Of a stretch of DNA of 64,000 nt, positions 46,548-57,111 are shown one piece after another (the first letter of the stretch is position 1; each line of letters starts with the position of its first letter). The DNA is taken from the NCBI GenBank assembly GCA_050248855.1, contig JBFWRP010000026.1, positions 1-64,000 on the forward strand, written 5' to 3'. The notes under the pieces are model-generated. The model was not told the DNA's origin. It saw nothing but the letters and a program-made list of their open reading frames with translations, and did no database searches. A program made the position numbers and the translations under genes. The stretch is from Planctomycetota bacterium. Lineage in GTDB: Bacteria > Planctomycetota > PLA2 > JAEUHO01.

Positions 46548-46592
46548 GCGCCTCATGCTACGCGCCAGCGTCGGCTCCGTCGCGTGTCGCGC

Positions 46593-47486
46593 TCAGGCGC
46601 CAGGGCCCGGCGCACGGTTGCCCGTCGGGCGCAGGCCCGAGGGCGCGCCCGCGCGCGCGCTCGGTGCGAGCGTCGGCGCCGGCCCGGCGATGTGCGGGCG
46701 CCCCGCCACGGCGCCGACCCCGAACGTCGGCAGGCCGTCCGTCGCCCGTGAGGGCATCGTGTCCACGGTGCCCTGGCTGCGGCCGAAATCGACGATGCCG
46801 CCACGTCGCGAGGACCGGATGCGGATCAGCGTGATGACGAGCAGCCCCAGGGCCAGCAGCGCCAGCGTGCCCCACACGGTGACCTGCTGGACCCGGTCGG
46901 GACGCGGAAGCACGCGAAGGGAGCCGAGGACCTTGCCGAACGTGGCGCCGCCCTCGGAAGCACGACCGACCCAGATGAGCAGCGTGCGATGCTGCGGGTC
47001 GTTGGGAGCGAGCACGGTGCGGGCGTCCGGGGTGCGCGAGGCCGTGCCGGTCGGCAGCTTCGTCTGGGCCAGCAGCGCCGATTCCCCGGAGACCAGCGGG
47101 TGGCGGCTCACGTCCAGCGCGACGCCGCCAGGCAGCACCGCGGTGCGGCGCAGCATGCGCTCGTAGGCGTCGAGGTCGCCAGCCATGTCGAGCTCGGACG
47201 TGGGCACGCGGCCCACGACGAGGAGTCCCTCGGGGGACAGCGCATCCCCCTTGATGAAGACGGCATCGACGGCCACGTCCGGGCCGGGCCGTACGAGGAC
47301 ATGCGGCAGCCGCGCGAGCAGGGCGTGGACGCGGTCCGGCGACGGGTACGCCTCGTAGTCGTCGGGGATCTGGACCGCGTAGCCGGGGCCGATGTGCTCG
47401 CCGGCGCGTGCCGGCTGCGCGAACCCCAAGCCCGCCACGAGCGCGAGAAGGGTCGCAAAGAGGCTCAGGCGGAGGAGACGGGGCAC
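46593..47486 (-). CDS. hypothetical protein with signal peptide and C-terminal TM
   Basis: N-terminal signal; VWGTLALLALGLLVITLI TM. Confidence 0.7.
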   Translation of the reverse strand: MPRLLRLSLFATLLALVAGLGFAQPARAGEHIGPGYAVQIPDDYEAYPSPDRVHALLARLPHVLVRPGPDVAVDAVFIKGDALSPEGLLVVGRVPTSELDMAGDLDAYERMLRRTAVLPGGVALDVSRHPLVSGESALLAQTKLPTGTASRTPDARTVLAPNDPQHRTLLIWVGRASEGGATFGKVLGSLRVLPRPDRVQQVTVWGTLALLALGLLVITLIRIRSSRRGGIVDFGRSQGTVDTMPSRATDGLPTFGVGAVAGRPHIAGPAPTLAPSARAGAPSGLRPTGNRAPGPGA

Positions 47487-47576
47487 GGCGGATCCACTCC
47501 CGGGACCGCCGCGGCCGCGGACGGTCCTCGGTACGCCATCGACCAGGAGCGGCCCCCTGCTTGAGCCCCGGCGCCG

Positions 47577-47927
47577 TCAGGGGGGGCTCGCGCCCCCGTC
47601 CGCAGGAGCCGCCGGGCGCCAGGCCACGACGCGCCAGCGGTCGGGTCCCCGGCCGCCGCGCAGGCCCTCCAGCACCAGCTCCAGACCCGCCCGCGTGGTC
47701 ACCTGGACCCGGTGACCGCGCACGTAGGTCTGCCGGGCCGTCTCGAAGGAGCGGCCCGTCCTGCGTCCGAGCGGCTCGCACGCGCGGACTTCGTGCTCGG
47801 CGCCTCGCCAGCGGAACGCATGGGGCAGGAAGGGCGCCGACACCTCTCCCGCGACGGCGCGGAAGTCGCGGGGCGCCTCCAGCGCCTCGTCGAGCACGCG
47901 CGTCCAGCCCTCGCGACCCCGCTGCAT
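47577..47927 (-). CDS. small protein, DUF6504-like
   Basis: LP.AFRWRG.EHEV...YVR.H...W pattern. Confidence 0.6.
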   Translation of the reverse strand: MQRGREGWTRVLDEALEAPRDFRAVAGEVSAPFLPHAFRWRGAEHEVRACEPLGRRTGRSFETARQTYVRGHRVQVTTRAGLELVLEGLRGGRGPDRWRVVAWRPAAPADGGASPP

Positions 47928-47996
47928 GCGTCCAGTGTGGCCGGGGGAATCGGGACCTCCACCCCTACAATCCGCCGATCCCCTGGAGACCCGGCC

Positions 47997-49343
47997 TTGC
48001 GCGTGCTCCTTGCCGACGACGAACGGACGATCGCCATCACGCTGGCCGACGACCTGGCCCGCCACGGGCATCGCGTGGACGTCGTGGCCGACGGAACGGC
48101 GGCGCTGGCCAAGCTGGGGGCCAACCCCTACGACGTCGTGATCTCGGACATGAACATGCCCGGTGCCACGGGCATGGACCTCCTGGACCACGTCAAGCAG
48201 GAGGGGCTCGAGACCGAGGTCATCCTGATCACGGGCTACGGCACGATCGACTCGGCCGTGGACGCCATGCGGCGGGGCGCGTTCGACTACGTGCTCAAGC
48301 CGTTCCACGACGAGGAGATCCTCGAGAAGCTCCGCAAGATCCAGACGTTCCGGCGGCTGAAGAGCGAGAACGCCGAGCTGCGGGAGCAGGTGGGCGTCGA
48401 GCAGGGCCTGCGCAACCTCATCGGGCGCAGCAGCGCCATGCAGCGCGTGGTCGACCGCATCCGTACCATCGCCGACCGCGATGCGCGCGTGCTCGTCACC
48501 GGCGAGTCGGGCACGGGCAAGGAGCGCGTGGCCCGCGCCATCCACGACACGTCCCGGCGCCGCGACGGCCCCTTCGTGCCGCTGGCCTGCGCGGCCATTC
48601 CCTCCCAGCTCCTGGAAGACGAGATCTTCGGCCACGAGCGCGGCGCGTTCACCGACGCCAAGGAGCGCAAGGCCGGCCGCTTCGAGCGCGCCCACGGCGG
48701 CACGTTGTTCCTGGACGACATCGACGACATGCCGCTCGAGACGCAGGTCAAGCTGCTGCGCGTGCTGCAGGAGAACGAGGTCGAGCCGCTCGGCGGGGAG
48801 AAGGCGATCCCCGTGGACGTGCGCGTCATCGCAGCCACGAAGGTGGACCTTGGCAGCGCGGTGGAGGACGGCGACTTCCGCGAGGACCTCTACTACCGGC
48901 TCAACGTGGTGCCGATCGAGCTGCCCCCGCTGCGCGAGCGGGCCGACGACATCCCGCTGCTCGTGGACCACTTCCTCGCTCGCGTCGGAGGTGCCTACGC
49001 GGTGCCCCAGGAGGTGATGGCCGAGCTCTGCGCCTACCGCTGGCCAGGCAACGTGCGCGAGCTGGAGAACGCCGTGGAGCGCGCCGTCGCCTTGGCCGGC
49101 CCCGACGGCGTGCTGACCCGCGACCTGCTCCTGGAGGGCGCCCTCCGGCGGCGCTCCAAGGGCGCGCCGACCGACGCGGACGCCCCGCTGGTGACGCTGC
49201 GCGAGGTGGTTCGCGAGGCGGAAGCCCGCCACATCCGGCGCGTGCTGGCAGCGACCCACGGCCACCGCGCGCAAGCGGCGAAGATCCTCGGCATCAGTCG
49301 CAAGAACTTGTGGGAAAAGATGAAGGACCTGGAGATCGAGTGA
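47997..49343 (+). CDS. sigma-54-dependent response regulator (NtrC/AtoC family)
   Basis: REC (LADDE, SDMNMP, KPF), [36 protein letters not shown] before TTG. Confidence 0.95.
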   Translation: MRVLLADDERTIAITLADDLARHGHRVDVVADGTAALAKLGANPYDVVISDMNMPGATGMDLLDHVKQEGLETEVILITGYGTIDSAVDAMRRGAFDYVLKPFHDEEILEKLRKIQTFRRLKSENAELREQVGVEQGLRNLIGRSSAMQRVVDRIRTIADRDARVLVTGESGTGKERVARAIHDTSRRRDGPFVPLACAAIPSQLLEDEIFGHERGAFTDAKERKAGRFERAHGGTLFLDDIDDMPLETQVKLLRVLQENEVEPLGGEKAIPVDVRVIAATKVDLGSAVEDGDFREDLYYRLNVVPIELPPLRERADDIPLLVDHFLARVGGAYAVPQEVMAELCAYRWPGNVRELENAVERAVALAGPDGVLTRDLLLEGALRRRSKGAPTDADAPLVTLREVVREAEARHIRRVLAATHGHRAQAAKILGISRKNLWEKMKDLEIE

Positions 49344-49364
49344 GGCCACGGCGAGAGCGCCGGG

Positions 49365-50447
49365 TTGCTCGTGCTCCGTGCGCCACCCGTGCGACCCTCC
49401 CCGCCCCCTCTCGATGGTTCCGCGCTGCTCGTGGCAGGCGACGCCGCGCTGCGTCGCCACGTGGCCGCCGCGCTGGGTGAGCTCGGGCTGCTCGTGCACA
49501 TGGCCCGCGAGCCCTATGGAGGCATGGCCGCCTTCCTGGCCGAGCCCACCGAGCTCGTCGTGGTGTCGCTTCGCGGCTTCCGCAAGCGCGACCTCGGCTT
49601 CCTGCGCACGCTGCGGGAACAGGCGCCCGACGCTCGCGTGCTCCTCCTGGTCCCGGCCAGCCGGCGTCAGGTGGCCGCCCGGGCCCTGGACGCCGGCGGC
49701 GATGCCACGGTGGTCGAGCCCTACGACCCCGGCGAGCTGGTAGCCGCCGTGCGTGCCCTCTGGCGGCGCTCGACGGCCACGGGCGAGCGCAAGGGGGAGA
49801 CGGGGACGGGGCCGGGCGTGGCCCAGCTCGCGGCCGAGGTCGCCCACGCCATCAACAACCCGCTGCAGGTGCTCAGTCTCCATCTGGAGAACGGCCTGGG
49901 GACGGGGGGCGGTGGCACGCGCGTCGGCTCCGAGGCCGCGGCGGCCTTGGCGCGCGTACGCGACGTCACGAGCTGGCTCGCCAGCTACGGCGGACTCGGA
50001 CGGCCCCAACGCACGCGCGTCGACGTGGCCGCGCTCCTGGACGAGGCGCTCGAGGAGGAGCGCAAGGCCGGGCGCTTGGCCCCCGAGCTCGACGGGCTCG
50101 GCGAGCAGGCGCCGGCAGACGTCGATGCCGTCCAGGTGCGCACCGCCCTGCGCGCCGCGCTTGCGCTCTTGGCCGGCGCCAGCCCCGCGCGCCCCGCCCC
50201 CGTCCTGGCCCGGGCGAGCCGGCAGGGGCGGACGGTGCGGCTGGCCTTGCTCGCTCCCGCCGCCGATCGCGCCCTGCTCGTCCATCCGGACGTGGAGGGT
50301 GTCGTGCTGACCCAGGACACGACGCGCGTGCCGATGCCGGGCCTGGCCCTGCCACGCGCAGTCGCGGAAGCCCACGGGGGATCGGTGGCCCTCGGCGCGG
50401 CCCGCCCGAGCGGCCTTCGGCTCGACGTTCGCCTGGGCTCATCCTGA
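49365..50447 (+). CDS. pseudo-receiver plus degenerate histidine-kinase-like protein
   Basis: REC-like N-terminus with S at the Asp position (VVVSLR); H-box EVAHAINNPL; eroded N and G boxes. Confidence 0.7.
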   Translation: MLVLRAPPVRPSPPPLDGSALLVAGDAALRRHVAAALGELGLLVHMAREPYGGMAAFLAEPTELVVVSLRGFRKRDLGFLRTLREQAPDARVLLLVPASRRQVAARALDAGGDATVVEPYDPGELVAAVRALWRRSTATGERKGETGTGPGVAQLAAEVAHAINNPLQVLSLHLENGLGTGGGGTRVGSEAAAALARVRDVTSWLASYGGLGRPQRTRVDVAALLDEALEEERKAGRLAPELDGLGEQAPADVDAVQVRTALRAALALLAGASPARPAPVLARASRQGRTVRLALLAPAADRALLVHPDVEGVVLTQDTTRVPMPGLALPRAVAEAHGGSVALGAARPSGLRLDVRLGSS

Positions 50448-50508
50448 TCCCCCCGGGCCTTGCGGGGCACCGTGCGGAACGGCGCGGGACGAGCCGATCC
50501 AGCGGGTC

Positions 50509-52059
50509 ATGCGCCCCCGCCCGACGCCCACGGCCCCGCCGCTGCCCACGCGCCCCCGCGGGACCTTGCTGATCGTCGACGACGAGCCGGACATCCCGGA
50601 GCTCCTGGAGCGGCTGCTGGCCGGTCGCGGCTGGACGATCCACCGGGCGAAGGACGGCACGGAGGCCCTGCGCACGCTCGCGGACGAGCCCGTCGACCTG
50701 ATGGTCACGGACCTGCGCATGCCGGGCATGACGGGCCTCGAGCTGATCGAGGAAGCGCGCCAGACGGCGCCCCACTGCGGAAGCGTCCTGATCACCGGCT
50801 ACGCCTCCACGGAGACCGCGGTCGAGGCCCTGCGCAAGGGCGCGGACGACTACCTCACCAAGCCGTTCCGCGCCGAGGACCTGGAAGGCGTGCTGGAGCG
50901 CGTGCTGGCGGCCCGCCGGCTGCGCCGCGACAACGACATCGCCAGCCATCGCGTGCGCGTGGAGGCCGAGGTCCTCCGGCGGCAGCAGCGCGCGGCGGCG
51001 GAGGACCTGGCGCGCACGCGCGACGACCTCCTGCAGTCGCGACGCGATCGCGACCGCCGCGTGCGGGATCTCGCGTTCGTGGCCGAGCTCACGGGCCTGC
51101 TCGCGCGCGAACCGGACCTCCCCCGCGTGCTCCAGCGCACCGCTCGCATCCTGGCCGACCGCTTCGGCGCCGAGAGCGTGCGCCTGGAGCTCGATGGCGG
51201 CGACGGCGTCGAGGTCGTCGAGTGGGGCACGGGACTGTCGCGCTCCACGGGGCTCGGCGGCGAGCTGACCCGCAGTGCTGCGCAGGCACCGGACGGCATC
51301 TACATGGACACCGTGCTCGGTGGCGGTGCGCCGTGCGAGGCGCTGGCGGCGGTGGTCCGTCAAGGCAGCCAGCCCGTCGGGGGGCTGGCGCTGCTGCGCG
51401 CGCCGCGCGCCAGCGACGACCGCGAGGGCGATCGCTTCCTGCTGCAGCTCGTGCCCCAGGCACTCGTCGTCGCCCTGGAGGCGGCGCGCCAGCGCCAACG
51501 CGCCGAGCGGGCGGCCGTCGAGGTGGCCGAGCGCATGGTGGAGATGCTCGAGCAGCGCGGGAGCCTGTTCGCCGGACGCACGGCGCGGCTGACGCGCATC
51601 GCCGAGGCGGTCGCCGACGCCGCCGGCGTGAACGGGGCGCCGCGGGCGACGCTGCTGACCGCCGCTCGCCTGCAGGACGTCGGCAAGATCAGCCTGCCCG
51701 ATGGCACGCTCCAGCGCGCAGGCCCGCTCACCGACGGCGAGCGCTCCGTGCTCGAACGCCACCCGCTGGTCGGCAGCCGCGTGCTCGCCCCGTGCGCCGA
51801 CGTGGCGCGGCTCGTGCGCCACCACGCCGAGCGGCCGGACGGCAGCGGCTATCCGGACCGCCTGCGGGCCGAGGAGATCCCGCACGCCGCGGCCCTCGTC
51901 GCCGTGATCGGGGCCTACGAGGCGATGACCAGCCCACGGCCGTGGCGGCCCAGCCGTACGCGCCGCGAAGCGCTTGCCGAGATCGACCGTGCCCGGGGGG
52001 GGCAGTTCAGCGAGGCCGCCGTGGAGGCGCTCCTCGCGGCGGATCCCGCGCGCTTGTAG
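50509..52059 (+). CDS. response regulator with an HD-GYP domain (HD replaced by QD)
   Basis: IVDDE, TDLRMP, KPF; LQDVGK, HHAERPDGSGYP. Confidence 0.9.
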   Translation: MRPRPTPTAPPLPTRPRGTLLIVDDEPDIPELLERLLAGRGWTIHRAKDGTEALRTLADEPVDLMVTDLRMPGMTGLELIEEARQTAPHCGSVLITGYASTETAVEALRKGADDYLTKPFRAEDLEGVLERVLAARRLRRDNDIASHRVRVEAEVLRRQQRAAAEDLARTRDDLLQSRRDRDRRVRDLAFVAELTGLLAREPDLPRVLQRTARILADRFGAESVRLELDGGDGVEVVEWGTGLSRSTGLGGELTRSAAQAPDGIYMDTVLGGGAPCEALAAVVRQGSQPVGGLALLRAPRASDDREGDRFLLQLVPQALVVALEAARQRQRAERAAVEVAERMVEMLEQRGSLFAGRTARLTRIAEAVADAAGVNGAPRATLLTAARLQDVGKISLPDGTLQRAGPLTDGERSVLERHPLVGSRVLAPCADVARLVRHHAERPDGSGYPDRLRAEEIPHAAALVAVIGAYEAMTSPRPWRPSRTRREALAEIDRARGGQFSEAAVEALLAADPARL

Positions 52060-52124
52060 GCGCGCTCCGACCGACCCCCTCCCCTCCTACGCTGCGGGCA
52101 CCTCCGCCCGCTTGAAGGCCCTGC

Positions 52125-53516
52125 ATGCGTCGTCCGGACGAGCCCTCTTCCGCTCCGCGCCCTGGCCCCGTCCCCGGACCGTGGCTCGCGGTGGGCTCGC
52201 GCGCCGCGGAGACCGAGGTCGCCGACCCCTTCGCGGGCCCGGGAGCACGCACCGTGGCGGCGGACGTGTACGACGCCCTGGCCCTGCTTGCGGCCACGCG
52301 CGCCACCGGATGTCTCGTGGCCGCCGAAACCGTCGCCGAGCGGCCGCTCGCGGCGCTCACGGCGTTGCGCGAGCGGGTGCCCGCGGGCGCCCTGGGCGTG
52401 CTGGCGCATCCGGACCATCCCGCCGTCGGCGCCGCAGCCCGCCGCCTGGGCCTGCCCGTGGTCGAGCCCGCGAGCCCGGCCCCGGCACCGTTCGTCACCC
52501 CGCCCCCGGATCGTGAGCCCCCCGGCGTCGCGGACTGGCCCGCCCCCCCACCGGACCTCGCGGCAGCGTGCCTGGCCGTGCTCGGTGCCGGGGGCGACGT
52601 GGCCGCCTGGCTCGCCGGCACGCTCGCCGACGCCAGTGGCGCTGGGCGCGTCAGCGTGCTGCTGCTCGAGCCCGAGACGAAGAACCTCGTGGTGGCTGCG
52701 GTCCACGGCGCCGATGCGCAGCTCGTCGGACGCGTGCGCGTGCCGGCGAAGAGCAGCCTCGCGGGCCGCGCGCTCGCCGAGGGACGCCCCGAGCTGGGTC
52801 GCGGCACCCGCGACGCCGATCGCGGCTACCGCGGCACGGCCTACGTCCTGCTGCCGCTCCGCACCACCGAGGGCGATGTCGGCGTCGCGTGCCTCACGGA
52901 CCTCCCGGGCGACCGCGCGCCCGATCGGGCATCGGTCCTGGCGTGGACGGACGCCCTCTTGCCCGCAGGGCGCGCCCTCGGCGTGGCGGCACGGCTGGCG
53001 CGCGCCGAGCGCGATTCGGTGCGCGACGCCTTGACGGGCCTGCCCAACCGCCGCGCCTTCGAGCGGGCCTTCGCCCGCGAGCTCGAGCGCGCGCGTCGCG
53101 CGCGCCGTGGCCTGGGGCTGGCGGTGGTGGACATCGACCACTTCAAGGCCGTCAACGACGAGCTCGGACACGACCTCGGTGACGTCGTGCTGCGGGAGGT
53201 GGCGCGCCGCCTGGCCGATGCCCTGCGCGAGACCGACCTCGTCGCCCGCTGGGGCGGCGAGGAGTTCATCCTGTTGCTGCCCGAAGTCGAGGCCGGTGCC
53301 GACGAAGGCCTGGGGCTGGCCGTCGAGCGCGTCCGGGAGCGGGTGGCCGCCTTCCCCGTGGAGCTCGGTGGCGACCGGCCCCCGCGCACCGTCACGGTCT
53401 CGATCGGCCTGGCGAGCCTGGCCCGCGGGGACCAGACCGCGGACCTGATGCGTCGCGCCGACCAGGCCCTGTACCGCGCCAAGCGAGCGGGGCGAAACCG
53501 CGTCGAGCGCGGGTAG
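52125..53516 (+). CDS. GAF-like plus GGDEF diguanylate cyclase
   Basis: DALTGLPNRR, DIDHFKAVND, RETD I-site, RWGGEEF, ADQALYRAK.AGRN. Confidence 0.94.
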   Translation: MRRPDEPSSAPRPGPVPGPWLAVGSRAAETEVADPFAGPGARTVAADVYDALALLAATRATGCLVAAETVAERPLAALTALRERVPAGALGVLAHPDHPAVGAAARRLGLPVVEPASPAPAPFVTPPPDREPPGVADWPAPPPDLAAACLAVLGAGGDVAAWLAGTLADASGAGRVSVLLLEPETKNLVVAAVHGADAQLVGRVRVPAKSSLAGRALAEGRPELGRGTRDADRGYRGTAYVLLPLRTTEGDVGVACLTDLPGDRAPDRASVLAWTDALLPAGRALGVAARLARAERDSVRDALTGLPNRRAFERAFARELERARRARRGLGLAVVDIDHFKAVNDELGHDLGDVVLREVARRLADALRETDLVARWGGEEFILLLPEVEAGADEGLGLAVERVRERVAAFPVELGGDRPPRTVTVSIGLASLARGDQTADLMRRADQALYRAKRAGRNRVERG

Positions 53517-53680
53517 CGCGCCCGCCGCCGTGTTGCGCGGCCCCGACGCCGAGTCGGCCCCCGCGGCCCCCGCATCGGCCCCCGGGGCCGTGGATCCGGG
53601 CTCGTCGGGCCTTCCTGCTCAAGGGTGGCCCCCCCACGAGTCGATGGGTCCGTGTCCCCTTCGCGCATCACGGAAGGTCC

Positions 53681-54829
53681 ATGAACCTCACCAACGGCAG
53701 CCCTGCAGCCAGCCCGTCGAGCTCCACGTCGCGGGCGACGCACGTCCTCGTCGTGGACGACAAGCAGGAGGTCCGCGACTTCCTGCTCGGCGTCCTGCGC
53801 ATGGGGGGCTACGACGTGACGGTCGCGGGCAACGTCGCCGAGGCGATGGCTGCCGCCACGCGCCGCGTTCCGCAAGTCCTCTTGACGGACCTGCGCCTGG
53901 ACGGCAACGACGGCGGCGAGCAACTGATCGCTTCGATCCGCCGTTCGCATCCGACGAGCGTCGCGATCGTGCTCACCGGCTACGGGACCGTCGAGCGCAC
54001 CGTCGAGCTGATGCGTGCCGGCGCCTTCGACGTCCTGACCAAGCCGTGCCGCTCGACGGAGATCCTGGCCACCGTCGAGAAGGCCGTCGAGCACCACCGT
54101 GCGCTCTGGAACAACGAAGACCTCAGGCGGCGCCTGCAGGTCCAGGACAAGCTGGCCATGATCGGCAAGCTCGCGGCCGGTGTCGCCCACGAGCTGAACA
54201 ACCCGCTGGACGCCACACTGCGCTGCGTACGCCTCACGCAGGAGCGCGTGGCCGGTGACCCCGAGGCCGTCGAGTATCTCGACCTGGCCCACGCCGGGCT
54301 CTTGCGGATGGCCGACATCGTGCAGGGCCTGCTCACCTTCTCGCGCAACGCGGCCGTCGAGCAGACGCCGCTGGACCTGGCGACCGTGGTCCGGGAGTCG
54401 GTCCAGGCCGTGGCGCTGGCCCTCGGCGATGCCACGCCCGTGTTCCGCGAAGACGTGGCCTCCGATGTCGCCAGCACACCCGTCCCCCGCGGCCTGCACC
54501 AGGTCGTGACGAACTTGCTGCGCAACGCCGCCGACGCGGCGCGTCGCGCCGAACCGATCCGCGTGCGTGCGCTCCGCCATGGCGACGATCTCGTCGTGGA
54601 AGTGCACGACGACGGTCCGGGGATTCCCGCCAACGTCCTGGACCGCGTGTTCGAGCCCTTCTTCACGACGAAGGAGCCCGGACGGGGCACGGGGCTCGGG
54701 CTGCCGATCTCCGCGCGGCTGCTCGAGCGCTTCGGCGGCTCGTTGCGGCTGGAGTGCCCGGAGGGTGGCGGCACCGTGGCGACCGTGCGGCTGCCGCTCG
54801 TACGACGAGCCGACGAGGGAGACGAGTAG
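53681..54829 (+). CDS. hybrid receiver-histidine kinase
   Basis: VVDD..TDLRL..KP; AHELNNPL, NLLRNA, DDGPGI, FFTTK, GTGLGL. Confidence 0.95.
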   Translation: MNLTNGSPAASPSSSTSRATHVLVVDDKQEVRDFLLGVLRMGGYDVTVAGNVAEAMAAATRRVPQVLLTDLRLDGNDGGEQLIASIRRSHPTSVAIVLTGYGTVERTVELMRAGAFDVLTKPCRSTEILATVEKAVEHHRALWNNEDLRRRLQVQDKLAMIGKLAAGVAHELNNPLDATLRCVRLTQERVAGDPEAVEYLDLAHAGLLRMADIVQGLLTFSRNAAVEQTPLDLATVVRESVQAVALALGDATPVFREDVASDVASTPVPRGLHQVVTNLLRNAADAARRAEPIRVRALRHGDDLVVEVHDDGPGIPANVLDRVFEPFFTTKEPGRGTGLGLPISARLLERFGGSLRLECPEGGGTVATVRLPLVRRADEGDE

Positions 54830-54832
54830 GAC

Positions 54833-56227
54833 ATGGGAGCCCGCATCCTCATCGTCGACGACGACCCGCTGGTCCCGCGCACGCTGCGCATCCTGCTCCG
54901 CAAGCAGGGCCACGAGGTGGAGGCCTGCGAAGACCCCCATGAGGCGCTCGCACGCCTGCAGCGAGAGTCGTTCCACCTGGTCATCTCCGACATCAACATG
55001 CCGGGCATGGACGGCTTCGCCCTGCTGGAGCGGGTGCGCGAATGCCAGCCGGACTCCGAAGTGATCCTGGTCACGGGGTACGGGACCATCGAGAACGCCG
55101 TGCGCGGCATGCGCCTGGGCGCCTTCGACTACGTCACCAAGCCGGTGCTCGACGACGAGATGTTGCTGGTCGTGGCGCGAGCGCTCGAGTCCCAGCGCCT
55201 GCGCGCGGAGAACGCGGACCTCAAGGCGCAGCTGGCCAGCGTGCGCAGCGGTCGGCCGGACGACGTCGTCGGGCGCGATCCGGAGTTCCTCCGCGTCTTC
55301 GAGACGCTGGACGCGGTCGCGCCCACACGGGCGACCGTGCTCATCACGGGCGAGAGCGGCACGGGCAAGTCGCTGATCGCACGGAAGCTCCACGATGGCA
55401 GCGGTCGCGGCGAGGAGCCGTTCGTCGAGGTCAACTGCGGCGCGCTCCCCGAAGGCCTGCTCGAGAGCGAGCTGTTCGGCCACGCCAAGGGCTCGTTCAC
55501 CGGGGCGCACGCCCAACGTGCCGGTCGCTTCCAGTCGGCCGATGGCGGCACGTTGTTCCTCGACGAGATCGGCACGGCCAGCCCGGGCCTGCAGGTGCGC
55601 CTCCTGCGCGTCCTGCAGGAGCGCTGCTTCGAGCCGGTGGGCAGCGAGGAGACGATCACCGTCGACGTGCGCCTGGTGCTGGCCACCAACGAGGACCTGG
55701 CGCGCAGCGTGCGCGAAGGCAAGTTCCGCCAGGATCTCTACTACCGCATCAGCGTGGTGCCGATCCACCTGCCGCCGCTCCGCGAGCGGGTCAGCGACAT
55801 CCCCCTGCTCGCCGCCCACTTCCTGCGCCGCTTTGCCGAGCTCAACGAGAAGGACGTCCGTCACATCGACGACAACGTGATGACGATCCTCCAGGCCCAC
55901 GCCTGGCCCGGCAACATCCGCGAGCTGGAGAACGTGATCGAGCGGGGCGTGATCTTGTGCCGTGGCGACACCCTGTCGCCGAAGGACCTGCCGGGCGAGC
56001 TCACCCGCTCGCTGGCGGCCCCGGAGCCTGGGCAGGTCCTTCCCTTGCGCAAGGCGCTCGAGATCCCCGAGCGCGAGATCATCGAGCGCACGCTGCGCAG
56101 CCACAACTGGAACCGCCAGGAGACGGCGGCCGCGCTGATGATCAACCGTACGACGCTCTTCAACAAGATGCGCAAATACGGACTTCTCGACCACCACCGC
56201 CGCCCCGTCCATGCGGAGTATCGGTAG
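54833..56227 (+). CDS. sigma-54-dependent response regulator (NtrC family)
   Basis: REC, GESGTGKS, ESELFGH..GSFTGA, FLDEI, WPGNIRELEN, HTH. Confidence 0.96.
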   Translation: MGARILIVDDDPLVPRTLRILLRKQGHEVEACEDPHEALARLQRESFHLVISDINMPGMDGFALLERVRECQPDSEVILVTGYGTIENAVRGMRLGAFDYVTKPVLDDEMLLVVARALESQRLRAENADLKAQLASVRSGRPDDVVGRDPEFLRVFETLDAVAPTRATVLITGESGTGKSLIARKLHDGSGRGEEPFVEVNCGALPEGLLESELFGHAKGSFTGAHAQRAGRFQSADGGTLFLDEIGTASPGLQVRLLRVLQERCFEPVGSEETITVDVRLVLATNEDLARSVREGKFRQDLYYRISVVPIHLPPLRERVSDIPLLAAHFLRRFAELNEKDVRHIDDNVMTILQAHAWPGNIRELENVIERGVILCRGDTLSPKDLPGELTRSLAAPEPGQVLPLRKALEIPEREIIERTLRSHNWNRQETAAALMINRTTLFNKMRKYGLLDHHRRPVHAEYR

Positions 56228-56416
56228 ACGCAGCGCGGTGAGATAGGGCGGCTCGCCGGATGCTCGGCCGCGCACCGCCATCGGCTCCTGACGTGAACAG
56301 ACCACGCGGCGTCACCGATGGCGGCACGCTGCCGTCGCCCCGACGACCCGATGCGTGGCGATCGCGACTTGATCCCGTCGGCGAACGTCGCTGGCAGCGT
56401 GAGAAGAAGTGGATGA

Positions 56417-56525
56417 AGGCACCGAGCTGCAAGCAGCTCGGAGGTGCCTGGGAATTCTTCCGCGACTCGCCGCAGAAGACGTCCGGATCTCCCTGGTCGC
56501 CCCTGCGAGGTGCGGAAGAAGTCCC
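56417..56525. repeat. hairpin plus an inverted pair related to the REP-like unit at 44989-45114
   Basis: AGGCACC-GAGCTGC-AA-GCAGCTC-GGA-GGTGCCT; GGGAATTCTTCCGC (56450-63) and GCGGAAGAAGTCCC (56512-25). Confidence 0.7.
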
Positions 56526-56726
56526 TGGCTCCGTACGGCATTCTCGGATCGGCGGAGGCCGGGGTGCGCAGAGAGCCTCCGGCCCCGTGCCTTTCGACAC
56601 GCATCGGGTCGTCGGGGCGAAGGCGCCGCCAAGCGATCCGCGACGCCTCGTAGCCGAGCTACTCAAGGAGCGGATCGCGCCGGCGCCGCCGAGCATCCGG
56701 CGAGCCGCACGTCCGCACCCCAGGGG

Positions 56727-57098
56727 TCAGAGCAAGAACACCGCGTCCAGCGGTTCGCGCATGCGCAGGGCCCGCGTGAAGCGGACGGCGGTCTGGACGG
56801 AGCCGGCGAGGCCGTCGGCCTGCAGGCGCAGCACCTCGCCCTCGCCGACCAGGTGCATCGACCCGGCGTGGCCTTGGGGAACGCCCTCGTCGAGGTCGAT
56901 GGCGATGTCGACGGTGGCGCCTGCCGGCAGCAGCGGATGCGCCGGGGCGGAGAGCCTGAGGCCCCCGGCCGAGACGTCCACGAGGGTCCCGACGACCGCC
57001 GGGCCACGATGGCCGCGAGCCACGAGCCGCACCCGTCCGCCCACGGCGAGGCGCCGTTCCAGGCGGCGCTCCTGCAACCGAACCGTCCGCATCACCAT
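56727..57098 (-). CDS. stand-alone PilZ domain protein (c-di-GMP receptor)
   Basis: ERRLERR (RxxxR) and DVSAGG (DxSxxG). Confidence 0.88.
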   Translation of the reverse strand: MVMRTVRLQERRLERRLAVGGRVRLVARGHRGPAVVGTLVDVSAGGLRLSAPAHPLLPAGATVDIAIDLDEGVPQGHAGSMHLVGEGEVLRLQADGLAGSVQTAVRFTRALRMREPLDAVFLL

Positions 57099-57111
57099 GC
57101 GTCCGCGGCAT

